A program made the position numbers and the translations under genes. The notes under the pieces were generated by a model. That model saw only the letters and a program-made list of their open reading frames with translations, was not told the DNA's origin and ran no database searches. From Candidatus Krumholzibacteriia bacterium (GTDB lineage: Bacteria > Krumholzibacteriota > Krumholzibacteriia > JAJRXK01), in the NCBI GenBank assembly GCA_041484665.1, contig JBGPIA010000024.1:1-51853 (forward strand): DNA of 51,853 bases, read 5' to 3'. Positions 29,578 through 39,287 of the stretch are shown here, one piece after another (the stretch's first letter is position 1; each line of letters starts with the position of its first letter).

Positions 29578-31023
29578 TCAGCTCACCTTGGGCCGCCGCA
29601 GCCGGGCGACCACGGTCTTCTGCCCCAGCACCTCCATCGCCGCAAACAGGCTGGGGCCTACCGTCCGGCCGCTCAAAGCGTAGCGCGCGGGGTGGATCAG
29701 GTCGCCGGCGTCCACCTGCAAATTCGTCGCCAGCTCGCGCAGCACACCCTCAGCGATCTTGGCCGTGAACACGGGCAGCTTCTGGTAGGCGGCCGCAAGC
29801 ATGTGCACACGCTCGCGCGCCGCCTCGTCGAGTACCGACGCGCCCTGCGGGTCGACGGAGTAGTCCTCTGTGAAGTAGCAGGCCAGATGGGTCGGGATGT
29901 CGCCCAGATTGCTGAAGCGGTTGCCCATGATCTCGATCACGCGTCCCAGCCGGATGCGCGCCGCCTCGTCACCCTCGTGCGCCAGGCCGCGCGCCAGCAG
30001 GATCGGCCAAGCCAGCTCCACCTTCGCGGAGGTGGGAAGCAGCTTCATGTGCTCGGCGTTGATGTGCTTGGCCTTCTCCAGGTCGAACACGGCCGCGGTG
30101 TTGTTGAGTCGCTTGAGCGAGAACGCCTTGATCAGCTGCTCGGTGGTGAACACCTCGCGGTTGTCCCCCGGCGACCAGCCCAACAGTGCCAGGTAGTTCA
30201 CCAGGGCCTGCGGCAGGAAGCCCGCGTCCCGGAACTCCTCGGCGCTGGCGGCGCCGTGGCGCTTGCTCAAGCGCTGGCGGTCAGGCCCCAGGATCATCGG
30301 CAGGTGCCCGAACTTCGGCGCGCGGAAGCCGAACGCTTTGAACAGCACGATCTGCCGCGGCGTGTTGCTGATGTGGTCATCGCCGCGCAGCACGTGAGAG
30401 ATCTCCATCAGCCCGTCGTCGACCACCGCTCCGAAGTTGTAGGTGGGAAAGCCATCGCTCTTCAGGGCCACCCAGTCGTCGAGCACGGTGTTCTGGAACT
30501 CGGTCTCGCCGTGGACGAGATCTGTCCATTTCGTCACGCCCTCGTCGGGCATGCGCGCGCGCAGCACCGGTGCGCGGCCCTCCGCCTCGAAGCGGCGCCG
30601 CTGCTCGTCGGTGAGGGTCCGGCAGCGGCGGTCGTAGCCGGGCGGCCGGCCCTGCGCCATGGCCTCCGCGCGACGCTGCGCCAGCTCGTCGGGCGCGCAG
30701 TAGCAGTGATAGCCGAGCCCCTCGTCGAGCAGGCGCTGGGCGTACTGCGCGTAGATCGCGCGCCGCTCCGACTGCACGTAGGGGCCGAAGGCGCCCCCCA
30801 TCTCGGGGCCCTCATCCCAGTCCAGGCCCAACCAGCGCAGCGAGCGCAGGATCTGGGCGTGGCTCTCGACAGTGCTGCGTTCCTGGTCGGTGTCCTCGAT
30901 GCGCAGGATGAAGATGCCCTGCTGGTTGCGGGCGTACAGCCAGTTGAACAGCGCGGTGCGCGCTCCTCCGACGTGGAGGGTCCCCGTGGGGCTGGGGGCG
31001 AACCGGACGCGAACGTGGCTCAT
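29578..31023 (-). CDS. gltX: Glutamate--tRNA ligase
   Basis: RFAPSPTG, HVGG, RIEDTD, CYC zinc site, RGDDH, LSKR; upstream of tRNA-Gln and tRNA-Glu. Confidence 0.97.
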   Translation of the reverse strand: MSHVRVRFAPSPTGTLHVGGARTALFNWLYARNQQGIFILRIEDTDQERSTVESHAQILRSLRWLGLDWDEGPEMGGAFGPYVQSERRAIYAQYAQRLLDEGLGYHCYCAPDELAQRRAEAMAQGRPPGYDRRCRTLTDEQRRRFEAEGRAPVLRARMPDEGVTKWTDLVHGETEFQNTVLDDWVALKSDGFPTYNFGAVVDDGLMEISHVLRGDDHISNTPRQIVLFKAFGFRAPKFGHLPMILGPDRQRLSKRHGAASAEEFRDAGFLPQALVNYLALLGWSPGDNREVFTTEQLIKAFSLKRLNNTAAVFDLEKAKHINAEHMKLLPTSAKVELAWPILLARGLAHEGDEAARIRLGRVIEIMGNRFSNLGDIPTHLACYFTEDYSVDPQGASVLDEAARERVHMLAAAYQKLPVFTAKIAEGVLRELATNLQVDAGDLIHPARYALSGRTVGPSLFAAMEVLGQKTVVARLRRPKVS

Positions 31024-31082
31024 CGTCGGAGTTCCTGATGCATGCTGGTGATTCCTGCCCGACGGCGGTGGCGACCCGCCGC

Positions 31083-32198
31083 TCAGTGGCGGTCTTTCTG
31101 CGGCGGCTTTGCGGGCGGCTGTGGCTGCGCTGCCGGCGGTGCGGCCGGTTGCATGCCGAAGCCGGAACCCTGGGGCTCCCCGAGCTTGCGGGGATCCAGC
31201 ATTGCCACGACCTGGGCGTAGCTACGCTTCCATGCCTTGCGGCAGGCCGCGTCGAGATCGTCGCCGCCGGCCAGCGCCGCCAACATGGTTTGCACGCGGT
31301 CGAAGCCCCAGCGCTCGCTCAAATGCCAGGCCATCAGGAAGGCACTGTACAGCGCGATGCGCCCGTTTTCGCGGTCGGCCAGCGGCTCGAGGTGGCGCAT
31401 GGTCTCCTCGGGCGAGAGCACCACCGTCCGGCGCGGCCGGAACTCATTGACGAAATTCACCAGCAGGTTGCCCTCTTCGGCCAGGTAGCTGGCGAGACCG
31501 TAGAGCATCCATGCAGGCAGCTTGCCCTGCGTGCGATGTTGCAGCAGCAGCTGCGCGACGGCGTTGCGGGTGGAGTGGGCCGTCAGCCCGCGCGGGGAAA
31601 GCACGTTGATCGGCTCGAAGACCAAAGCCGGCGAAGCGCGCCAGTCCACCAGGTGCGTGACCCAGTATTCCTTGCCCCAGAGTGCGCGGTACTGGTCGAG
31701 GTCTCGCGCACCAACGACGTCGACCAGGTGGTTGAGGGGCGCGCCGATGAGCGGAGTCAGGTCGTGGCGTGCTAGATCCAGCAACTCGATGAAGTGCCCC
31801 CACGCCGGCTCGGTGGCCGAGCGGTTCAGGCGGACGCGGAACCAGCGGTTCTGCACCGTGCTGTCGGTGACCACCAGCTCGGGATGAGGCAGGCGCTCGT
31901 CGCCCAGATAGAGGGAGTTCGGGCCGTAGGCAATCCCACGCTCGTCGTAGAGCGTGCCCCACTCCGGGCTGAAGTAGTCCTTGGCTTGCGAGTTCGGGAA
32001 GCCGTCCACGTGCAGTCGCTCGCGCGGATAGCGCCAGAAGAGGCCCTTGCCCTGGGGCAGGGAGGCGGCACAGCTGGCGAGCGCGCACAAACCCAAGGCG
32101 GCGAGCACGGTGCAGGCGCCCGCGGCCGCAACCGTGCGGCGAGTCGTATGGCCATTCGCGCCGCCGCTCGTGCGGCGACTCGCGTGGGGACGGCTCAT
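31083..32198 (-). CDS. Hypothetical lipoprotein, degenerate peptidase MA/gluzincin-like
   Basis: Lipobox LASC; LPAWMLYGLASYLA resembles PxWxxEGLA but there is no HExxH; ATGA overlap with the upstream permease. Confidence 0.7.
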   Translation of the reverse strand: MSRPHASRRTSGGANGHTTRRTVAAAGACTVLAALGLCALASCAASLPQGKGLFWRYPRERLHVDGFPNSQAKDYFSPEWGTLYDERGIAYGPNSLYLGDERLPHPELVVTDSTVQNRWFRVRLNRSATEPAWGHFIELLDLARHDLTPLIGAPLNHLVDVVGARDLDQYRALWGKEYWVTHLVDWRASPALVFEPINVLSPRGLTAHSTRNAVAQLLLQHRTQGKLPAWMLYGLASYLAEEGNLLVNFVNEFRPRRTVVLSPEETMRHLEPLADRENGRIALYSAFLMAWHLSERWGFDRVQTMLAALAGGDDLDAACRKAWKRSYAQVVAMLDPRKLGEPQGSGFGMQPAAPPAAQPQPPAKPPQKDRH

Positions 32199-33610
32199 TC
32201 GTGCCTCAGCGCCTCGATAGGATCCATGCGCGCGGCGCGGTTGGCCGGATAGAGCCCGAAGATCAGCCCAACCAGCATGGAGAAGCTCACCGCGAAGACC
32301 ACCATCCAGGACTGGAAGTAGAACGGGAAGTGCAGGCGGAAGGTCAGCGAGCGTGCCAGCGCGTATCCAAGGATCGCCCCGACCACACCACCGGCGCCGG
32401 TGAGCACGGTTGCCTCCACCAGGAATTGCTGCAGCACATCGCGGCGCTTGGCCCCCACGGCCATGCGCATTCCCACCTCGCGCGTGCGCTCGGTGACCGA
32501 GATCAGCAGGATGTTCATCACCCCGATGCCGCCCACCATCAGACCGATGGAGCTGATCACCAGCAGCACCAGGATCACCGCCATCGTGAGCTGGTCCAGC
32601 AGCTTCTGCAGGGTCTCCGAGGCCAGCACCGCGAAGTTGTTGTCCTCGCCTGGGCGCAGTTTCCGCATCGCGCGCATCATTCCAGTCGCTTCCGCGGTCG
32701 CCTGATCCATCGTGTAGCCCTCGCGGATGGTGGCCTGGATGCTGAGCTGGTCGACCTTGGTGCCGAAGTCCTTCTCGTAGGTGGTGTAGGGGATGATCCC
32801 GAAGTTCTCGCCCAGCTTGCCCGTGATGTGCTTGCGCTCGTTGAAGGTGCCGATCACACGGTACCGCTCCGTGCCGACGCGGATCTCCTGCCCGATCGGG
32901 TCGGTGTGACCCTTGAACAGCTCCTGCGAGGGGCCGTAGCCCAGCACGATCACCCGGGAGCGGCGCTGGATGTCGTCGGCATTGATGAAGCGGCCTTCAC
33001 CCAGGGTGAGGGCAAAGATGTCCGGCGCTCCTTCACTGCTGCCCCAGATGTAGGTGAACTCGGCGCGCTCCTTCTGGAAAAAGAGCATGGGGGGCGGCCC
33101 CTGCCCCATCTCACGGGTGAAGACCACCGTCTCCAGCGTCTTCGCCCGGTCGCGCATGCGCTCGTACATCCACTCCTCCAGGTTGGGCCGCTTCTGCGCC
33201 TCCTCGAAGTCGTTGTTGCTGAAAGCGTCGACCTTCGTGATGTTCAGGTAGGGCCGATTGGCCGAAACGATATCCTCGCGCAGCTTGCCTTTCAGCCCGA
33301 ACAGCATCGAGACCATGCCCAGCAGGGTTGAGGTCCCGATGGCCACGCCCAGCATCAATAGGCCCGAGCGCATCTTGTGGCCGCGCACGGTCTCGACCGC
33401 CTGGTGGATGTTCTCGGCCCAGATGTCCAGGGCGCGGCCGCGGTTGCCGCTGCCACGCTCAGCCGGGCCACGACCGCTGCCGGCGCCTGCAAAGCCACCG
33501 GTGCCGCTGCCGGCACCGCCTGCGCCGCCGGCGCTACCGCCATTGCTGAAGCCGTCACCGCTGCCAGCGCTGCCGGCGCTCTTGCTGCTGCTGTCGCTGT
33601 TGTCACTCAT
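32195..33610 (-). CDS. MacB/FtsX-like ABC transporter permease
   Basis: RSGLLMLGVAIG, GRFI, VGGIGVMNI..SVTERTREVG.R.A.GA, PANRAARMDPIEALRHE; Gly/Ser N-terminal extension. Confidence 0.93.
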   Translation of the reverse strand: MSDNSDSSSKSAGSAGSGDGFSNGGSAGGAGGAGSGTGGFAGAGSGRGPAERGSGNRGRALDIWAENIHQAVETVRGHKMRSGLLMLGVAIGTSTLLGMVSMLFGLKGKLREDIVSANRPYLNITKVDAFSNNDFEEAQKRPNLEEWMYERMRDRAKTLETVVFTREMGQGPPPMLFFQKERAEFTYIWGSSEGAPDIFALTLGEGRFINADDIQRRSRVIVLGYGPSQELFKGHTDPIGQEIRVGTERYRVIGTFNERKHITGKLGENFGIIPYTTYEKDFGTKVDQLSIQATIREGYTMDQATAEATGMMRAMRKLRPGEDNNFAVLASETLQKLLDQLTMAVILVLLVISSIGLMVGGIGVMNILLISVTERTREVGMRMAVGAKRRDVLQQFLVEATVLTGAGGVVGAILGYALARSLTFRLHFPFYFQSWMVVFAVSFSMLVGLIFGLYPANRAARMDPIEALRHE

Positions 33611-34847
33611 GGCGCAGCGCCTCCACCGGATCGAGCCGGCTGGCCTTGTTCGCCGGGTAGGTGCCGAAAATTACGCCGATCACAATGGTGAACGTCACGC
33701 CCAGGATGATCGCCATGGGCTGGATGCTGTAGGGCAAGGGTGTCAGAGCGCCCACCAGCACCGCGATCGAGAAGCCCACCAGAATCCCCATCAGGCCGCC
33801 CGTCAGCGACAAGGTGACGGCTTCGAACATGAATTGCCAGAGCACGTTGGCGCGCGTCGCTCCGATCGCCTTGCGGATGCCGATTTCGCGGGTGCGGTCG
33901 GTGACGGCCACCAGCATCACGTTCATCAGCACGATGCCGCCAACCACCAAGCTGATGGAGACGGCCGCGATCAGCACGTAGCGCAGGTACCGGTCGATCT
34001 TTTCCCACAGGGACAGCAGGATCTCGCTGGTGACGATGTTGAAGTCGTTTCGTTCGCTGGGGCGCCGGTGGTGTCGGATGCGCAGGGCGACCGTCGTCTC
34101 ATCCATGGCGTCCTGCATGAGCGTTATGTCCTTGGCCTTGACCTGGATCGTGATGCTTTCGCGCGGGTGGAACAGCTTCAGCCACGTGGTAACAGGGATC
34201 ACCACGAAACGATCGCGGCTGTTCCCCAGCACGGTGCCCTGCCGCTCGATGACGCCGGTGACGTAGAAATGGCGGTCGGCGACCTTGATCTGCTTGCCGA
34301 TCGGGTCGATGTCCTTGCCGAACAGCGCCGCAGACACGTCGTAGCCGATGATGACGGCCAGCCGGCTGCGCATCTCGTCCAGCTGCGCCAGGTGGCGTCC
34401 CGCAGTGACCTCCAGGTCGTCGATCACCGAATACTCCGCGGAGCGCCCCTGGATGTCGACGTTATCGACCCACTTGTCGCGGTACTGGATCTTGCCGTTG
34501 GTGTCCACGCGGGCACCCACGGCCTGGGACGAGGGTATGCGGTCCCGCAGGTAGTCCACATCGGCGAGCGTCAGGCGCGGGTTGTAGAAGCTCTCGATGA
34601 AGGCGTCGACGTCGGTGACGAACTGCAGGAAATTGACGCGCTGGACCGTGAAGACCCCGCTGCCCTCCTCCAGCACCTTCTCACGGGCGTAGATGTCGAT
34701 ACCATCCAGCAGCGACACCACCGCGATCACCGACATGGTGCCCACGATGTTCCCCAGAAGCGTCAGGAACGTGCGCAGCTTGTTCGCACGCAAGCTGTCC
34801 AGCGCGATCCGGACTCCCTCGGCGTAGTGCCCGAGCACCATTGGCAC
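33603..34847 (-). CDS. MacB/FtsX-like ABC transporter permease
   Basis: NKLRTFLTLLG, VGGIVLMNVML..TREIGIRKAIGA, PANKASRLDPVEALRHE. Confidence 0.93.
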   Translation of the reverse strand: MPMVLGHYAEGVRIALDSLRANKLRTFLTLLGNIVGTMSVIAVVSLLDGIDIYAREKVLEEGSGVFTVQRVNFLQFVTDVDAFIESFYNPRLTLADVDYLRDRIPSSQAVGARVDTNGKIQYRDKWVDNVDIQGRSAEYSVIDDLEVTAGRHLAQLDEMRSRLAVIIGYDVSAALFGKDIDPIGKQIKVADRHFYVTGVIERQGTVLGNSRDRFVVIPVTTWLKLFHPRESITIQVKAKDITLMQDAMDETTVALRIRHHRRPSERNDFNIVTSEILLSLWEKIDRYLRYVLIAAVSISLVVGGIVLMNVMLVAVTDRTREIGIRKAIGATRANVLWQFMFEAVTLSLTGGLMGILVGFSIAVLVGALTPLPYSIQPMAIILGVTFTIVIGVIFGTYPANKASRLDPVEALRHE

Positions 34848-34851
34848 GTCA

Positions 34852-36438
34852 CTACCTCCGGCCGCCGCCCTCGTCGCCCTTCTCGCTATCCTTGCTGCCG
34901 GACTTGCCGTCAGCGTCCCCGCCGCTCTTGCCCCCAGCTCCCTTCTTCTTGGTAGCGTCGACGATCTTGACGCGATCGCCGTCCTGCAGGTCGCGCAGGA
35001 TGCGGAACGGTCCGCTCACGACCGTGGCGCCCTGATCGAGGCCATAGACCACCTCGAAGCGCTCTTCACCGGCGATCCCCACCTTGACCGGGCGGAACTC
35101 CAGCACGCCAGCCTTCGCGACGATGAACACTCCTTCCTTCTTCTTCGGCTTCTTGGTCGTCTTGCCGTCCGAGGCAGCCGTGCTGTCGGTCGCGCTGCTG
35201 GGGGCCTGGCCGACTTCGCCGGCCTTGGCGCCGGGTTTGTCGGTGGCCTCGTCCTGCGGTTTGCCCGCGGCGTTGTCCTCAGACTTATCCGCGGATTTGT
35301 CCGCCGGCTTGTCCGCAGATTTGTCCGCCGGCTTGTCCGCAGATTTGTCCGCCGGCTTGTCGGTGGCGTCGGCCGAGGCGGCCGGCGCGGGAGCCTGCTC
35401 CTGCGACTTCGCATCGCGGCCGCCGCGCTTACCCCGGGCGCCGGCTTTGCCTTTCTCCGCCGGGGGCCAGTCGCGCGACACCAGCGATGCGATGGGGATG
35501 GTGAGTGCGGCGGGTCGTGACGCCACCTCGATGTTGGCGGAGGCGGACAGCCCGGGCCGCACCTTCTCGGGGGCGTTCTGCAGCATGATCTTCACCTCGA
35601 AATCCACCGCCTGCTGCCCAATGCCCGTCTGGCTGAAGATGGGGCTGTTGCCTACCTCGGTCACCACGCCCTTGAAGGTCGAGTCGGGATAGGCATCGAT
35701 GGTGATGTCGGCGGGCTGCCCGGCTTTGACCTTGACCACTTCGGTCTCGTCCACCTTGACCTTGGCCTCCATCTGCGAGAGGTCGTCCACGGTCAGGAGC
35801 AGCGTGCCTGGGTTGTTCATGGTGCCGATGATGGCGTTCTCGCCCTCGTGGATGTTGAGGCGCGTGACGGTGCCCGAGATGGGAGCCTTGATCGTCACCT
35901 TGCTCAGTTCGTTCCGCGTCCGGTCCAGGTTGGCCTGCGCGGCGCCCACGCGTCCCGTGGCCGCGGCCACCTGCGCCTGCTGCACCTTGTAGTTGGTCTC
36001 GGCGACCTCCACCTGCTCCTGCGTCTGCAGGCCCTGCTCGCGCAGGCTGCGCGCACGTTTCACGTCGAGCTCCGCCTTGTCCAGGTTCGCCCGGGCCAGG
36101 GCCAACTCCTCCTGGGCGCTGGCCAGACCCGCCTCGGCGCCGCGCGCCAGGCTCTCGTACTCCTTGGGGTCGATCTCCATGAGCAGGTCTCCCTGCCGGA
36201 CCTGGTCGCCCTCGTGGACGGCCAGCTTGGTGATCTTGCCCATGATGGTGGCGCTGACGTCGACGTAGGTCTTGGCGTTGAGCGTCCCGCTCGCGTTGAC
36301 CACCTCGCGAACCGGGCCCCGCGTCACCTTGTCGACGTCCACCTCGGGCAGCTTGCGGCGCGACTTCAGGTTGACCACGACAAAGACCAGCACCACCACC
36401 GCTGCCGCGACGACGATCCAGAGCTTCTTGCTGCGCAT
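34852..36438 (-). CDS. Periplasmic adaptor (MacA/HlyD-family membrane fusion protein) with a charged low-complexity insertion
   Basis: N-terminal TM segment, lipoyl halves (EGDQVRQGDLL; IKAPISGTV), coiled hairpin, VDETEV, RPGLSA. Confidence 0.92.
   Translation of the reverse strand: MRSKKLWIVVAAAVVVLVFVVVNLKSRRKLPEVDVDKVTRGPVREVVNASGTLNAKTYVDVSATIMGKITKLAVHEGDQVRQGDLLMEIDPKEYESLARGAEAGLASAQEELALARANLDKAELDVKRARSLREQGLQTQEQVEVAETNYKVQQAQVAAATGRVGAAQANLDRTRNELSKVTIKAPISGTVTRLNIHEGENAIIGTMNNPGTLLLTVDDLSQMEAKVKVDETEVVKVKAGQPADITIDAYPDSTFKGVVTEVGNSPIFSQTGIGQQAVDFEVKIMLQNAPEKVRPGLSASANIEVASRPAALTIPIASLVSRDWPPAEKGKAGARGKRGGRDAKSQEQAPAPAASADATDKPADKSADKPADKSADKPADKSADKSEDNAAGKPQDEATDKPGAKAGEVGQAPSSATDSTAASDGKTTKKPKKKEGVFIVAKAGVLEFRPVKVGIAGEERFEVVYGLDQGATVVSGPFRILRDLQDGDRVKIVDATKKKGAGGKSGGDADGKSGSKDSEKGDEGGGRR
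35285..35362. repeat. 24-nt repeat x3 or more encoding DKPADKSA inside the adaptor
   Basis: CCGCAGATTTGTCCGCCGGCTTGT units. Confidence 0.9.
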
Positions 36439-36477
36439 GCCAACTCCCTGCTCGTGGCGCGCCTGCGCGCGCGCCGA

Positions 36478-37170
36478 TTAGATGAACAATGAGCCCAGTC
36501 CGTACAAGAGCCCCATGTAGACCAACCAGGGAATGAGCCCCACGCCCCAGGCCTTCCCCTTGCCGAAGCGGTGCACCACCTGGAACCCGATCACCGTCAC
36601 CACCAGCGCCCACAGCGCGAACAAGTCGGTGAACGTGGTCAGCAAGCGAAAGGTCGAGGCGGTCGGATCCTTCTCGGGCAGCAGCGCCGCCAGGCTGAAG
36701 GTGACGGTCATGCTGTCCTGCCCCTTCGCCAGGATCAGCGGGGCTTTGAGGATCGAGTTGAGGCCTACGGCAATCCAATCCCCCAGCATCACGATCGCGA
36801 ACGTTTGCTTCAGACTGCCCACACCGCCGGCTACGCGGCAGACCACGTGCCAAAGCAGCCCTCCGACGACCAACCCGATCAGCACGCTGATCGATCCTAC
36901 GATCGAGGTGCGGATGCGGCCCGCGATGGTCGGATGCGCCGCCTCGTCGATCTTCGCCTGGTACTCCGGGGTGTGGGCGAAGCGCTCCCCGAAGCGGCTC
37001 TGCTTCATCATCTCCATCTGCTCGGGGCCGGAGATATGCGACGTCAGCGCAGCCGAGAGGCTGACCAGCAGGGCGATCGCCACCAGCGCGATCCACCAGG
37101 CTGGACGATCACTCAGCGACTCCATCGTCTTGCGCGGTGCGGTCAGGACCGTCAGCAACTTCGACAGCAT
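36478..37170 (-). CDS. Yip1-family membrane protein (YknW-like)
   Basis: N-terminal APRKTMESL...PAWW, about 5 TM segments; first gene of the adaptor-permease cluster. Confidence 0.8.
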   Translation of the reverse strand: MLSKLLTVLTAPRKTMESLSDRPAWWIALVAIALLVSLSAALTSHISGPEQMEMMKQSRFGERFAHTPEYQAKIDEAAHPTIAGRIRTSIVGSISVLIGLVVGGLLWHVVCRVAGGVGSLKQTFAIVMLGDWIAVGLNSILKAPLILAKGQDSMTVTFSLAALLPEKDPTASTFRLLTTFTDLFALWALVVTVIGFQVVHRFGKGKAWGVGLIPWLVYMGLLYGLGSLFI

Positions 37171-37354
37171 TGCTTCCCCTTTTCGGTTGGGAAACGATCG
37201 TCTGCTAGGCGGCGGCGCTCCCTTGCCCACCGCCCTGGACCACCCTCCGTCGCCGGGGCGCGATCTATTGCGTCGCGCCCGACGTGAATCGAACACCGCA
37301 GCGCGCTCGCCTCTTGCGCCACGGTCCGCGCAGCCTCGGCGACTGCCTCGCGTC

Positions 37355-37460
37355 CGCGTCAGCCGTCGTGGCGGGATCGCGTCAGCCGCCGGGCCCATGC
37401 GCATCAGCCGTCGCGGCGGGATCGCATCAGCCGTCGCGGCGTTCTCGCGTCAGCCTTCGC
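37355..37460. repeat. 23-nt degenerate array x5 seeded on the ilvC stop codon
   Basis: CGC(G/A)TCAGCCGTCGCGGCGGGAT units; the last contains the ilvC TGA at 37450-37452. Confidence 0.85.
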
Positions 37461-38463
37461 GCCCTGCTTGCTGCGCCCGCACGACGCGCGCGGCCTCCTG
37501 CAGCGGGTGCGTCCGCTCGGCCGCGATCGCCTCGCGCAGCCAGGGAGCGCCCGCCGTCTGCTCAGCCAGGAACGCCTGCGCGAAAGCGCCGCCTTCGATC
37601 TCGTCGAGCAGGCGCTGCAGGGCCTGCCGGCTTTCGGGCCCGATCACGCGCGGCCCGGCCTTGAGCCCCCCGTAGGCCGCGGTGCTGCTGATGCGCTCGC
37701 GCATGCCGTCGATTCCGTGTGCGAACAGAAGGTCGGCGATGAGCTTCACCTCGTAGAGGCACTCGAAGTAGGCCACTGCGGGCGAGTAGCCGCGCGCGGT
37801 GAGCGTCTCCCAAGCCGCGGTGATCAGCTCGACCAGTCCACCGCAGAGGACCGCCTGCTCACCGAACTGGTCGGTGACGGCCTCCTCACGGAACGTCGTC
37901 GGGAACCCTCCGCCTGCAAGGGCGCCGACCGCCCGTGCGTACGCAAGCGCCAGCTGCAACGTTGCGTCCGGTCGCGGACCCTGGACTGCCACCAGCCCCG
38001 GCACGCCGCGGCCCTCTTGGTAGGCGGCGCGCAGCCGATGGCCCTGTCCTTTGGGCGCCACGAGCATCACCCGTCGCGTGGACGGCAGATCCACCAGGCC
38101 GAACGCGACGCTGAAGCCGTGGGCGAAGCCCACCACCGCGTCTGGGCGCAGATGGGGCGCGATCTGCGTGTAGACCCGCGCGTGCGCCTCGTCGGGCAGC
38201 AACAACATCACAAGATCGGATCCGGAGGTTGCCTCCTCCAGCGTGCGGACCACCAGCCCCGCCGCGCGCGCCGCTTCAGCCGAGGTACCCTCCAGCCTCG
38301 CCCCGACCACCACCCGCACCCCGGCGTCGCGCAGATTCAATGCGTGCGCGTGCCCCTGATTGCCAAAGCCCAGAACGGCAACGGTGCAGCCGCCCAGCAG
38401 CCGAAGGTCGCCGTCCTTCTCGTCGAAGCGACGAGGGCTGCGCGAGGGGGAATTGGGGGGCAT
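37450..38463 (-). CDS. ilvC: Ketol-acid reductoisomerase (class I)
   Basis: GFGNQGHAHALNLRD, LLPDE, FAHGF, APKGQG, TDQFGEQAVLCGG, AYFECLYEVKLI. Confidence 0.93.
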   Translation of the reverse strand: MPPNSPSRSPRRFDEKDGDLRLLGGCTVAVLGFGNQGHAHALNLRDAGVRVVVGARLEGTSAEAARAAGLVVRTLEEATSGSDLVMLLLPDEAHARVYTQIAPHLRPDAVVGFAHGFSVAFGLVDLPSTRRVMLVAPKGQGHRLRAAYQEGRGVPGLVAVQGPRPDATLQLALAYARAVGALAGGGFPTTFREEAVTDQFGEQAVLCGGLVELITAAWETLTARGYSPAVAYFECLYEVKLIADLLFAHGIDGMRERISSTAAYGGLKAGPRVIGPESRQALQRLLDEIEGGAFAQAFLAEQTAGAPWLREAIAAERTHPLQEAARVVRAQQAGREG

Positions 38464-39041
38464 GGCCGTGGGGAAGTCGCTGGAGAACCGGAGCCTTCTG
38501 GAGCGGGTTGTCCCGCAGGGACATTCTCGAAACCGGCCCGCCCGCAAGGGCTTCCGGGTAGCGGGGGATCCCGCCCGCGCCGCGCCGGCCAGCCCGCTCT
38601 GGCCGAGCTGCCTCGCCCGCTCCGCGTGCGGGCATGCCGGTGGCGGCTCGCGGACAGCACGCGGGCCGGATCGGGACGCGGCGATCCTAGCCTGGGGGAA
38701 CGCGGGGGGCAACCGGGTTGTCCGTGGCATGGCATGGGCCGCAGGCGACCGGGCCTACCCGCTGCGGTGGCGCGCGTCCGGGACCGCGGGGCGGTGGCCG
38801 GCCGACCCACATCGCCCCAGGCGCAGGCCGCGGAGGGGGCTCGCCCGGGACGGTGCGCGAATGGGGATCGGCGAGCGGGGTGCGCCCTCGGTCGGCTCAA
38901 CGCCCGCCCGCGTTACCTGCGGCGGGCCCGCCGCTGCGGAACGCAATCCCGTGCTCGTCGAGCCACGCGGCGCGGTCCGTGCAGCGTGCGAAGCAGCGTG
39001 GACGTGGCCTGGACGCCCGGTGGTGGGTCAGTTGCCGGGAC

Positions 39042-39083
39042 CCTCTGCGATTATGACCATAGATATGCTCATATTCGCAGAGG
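39042..39083. promoter_or_regulatory. 42-bp near-perfect inverted repeat (20-2-20), operator candidate
   Basis: CCTCTGCGATTATGACCATA-GA-TATGCTCATATTCGCAGAGG, 2 mismatches. Confidence 0.6.
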
Positions 39084-39168
39084 CTTGCCGCCAGCATCAC
39101 CGCGTGCCTCCCTGCCGAGCGATGAAATCCGGGCTCGAATTGACCCCACCACGGGACGCCCCACCGAG

Positions 39169-39197
39169 TTGACATCCCTCCAGCCCGCCGATACCTT
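39169..39197 (+). promoter_or_regulatory. Putative sigma70 promoter for the tRNA-Met-tilS-ftsH operon
   Basis: TTGACA-N17-TACCTT. Confidence 0.65.
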
Positions 39198-39287
39198 CAT
39201 TCTTCGCCTTTGCCCGTTCGCGACGCTAGCTTCTGGCCCCTAACCGGGACGCCCAGGGACGACGCTCGCGCCGCGTGCGACGCCTTG

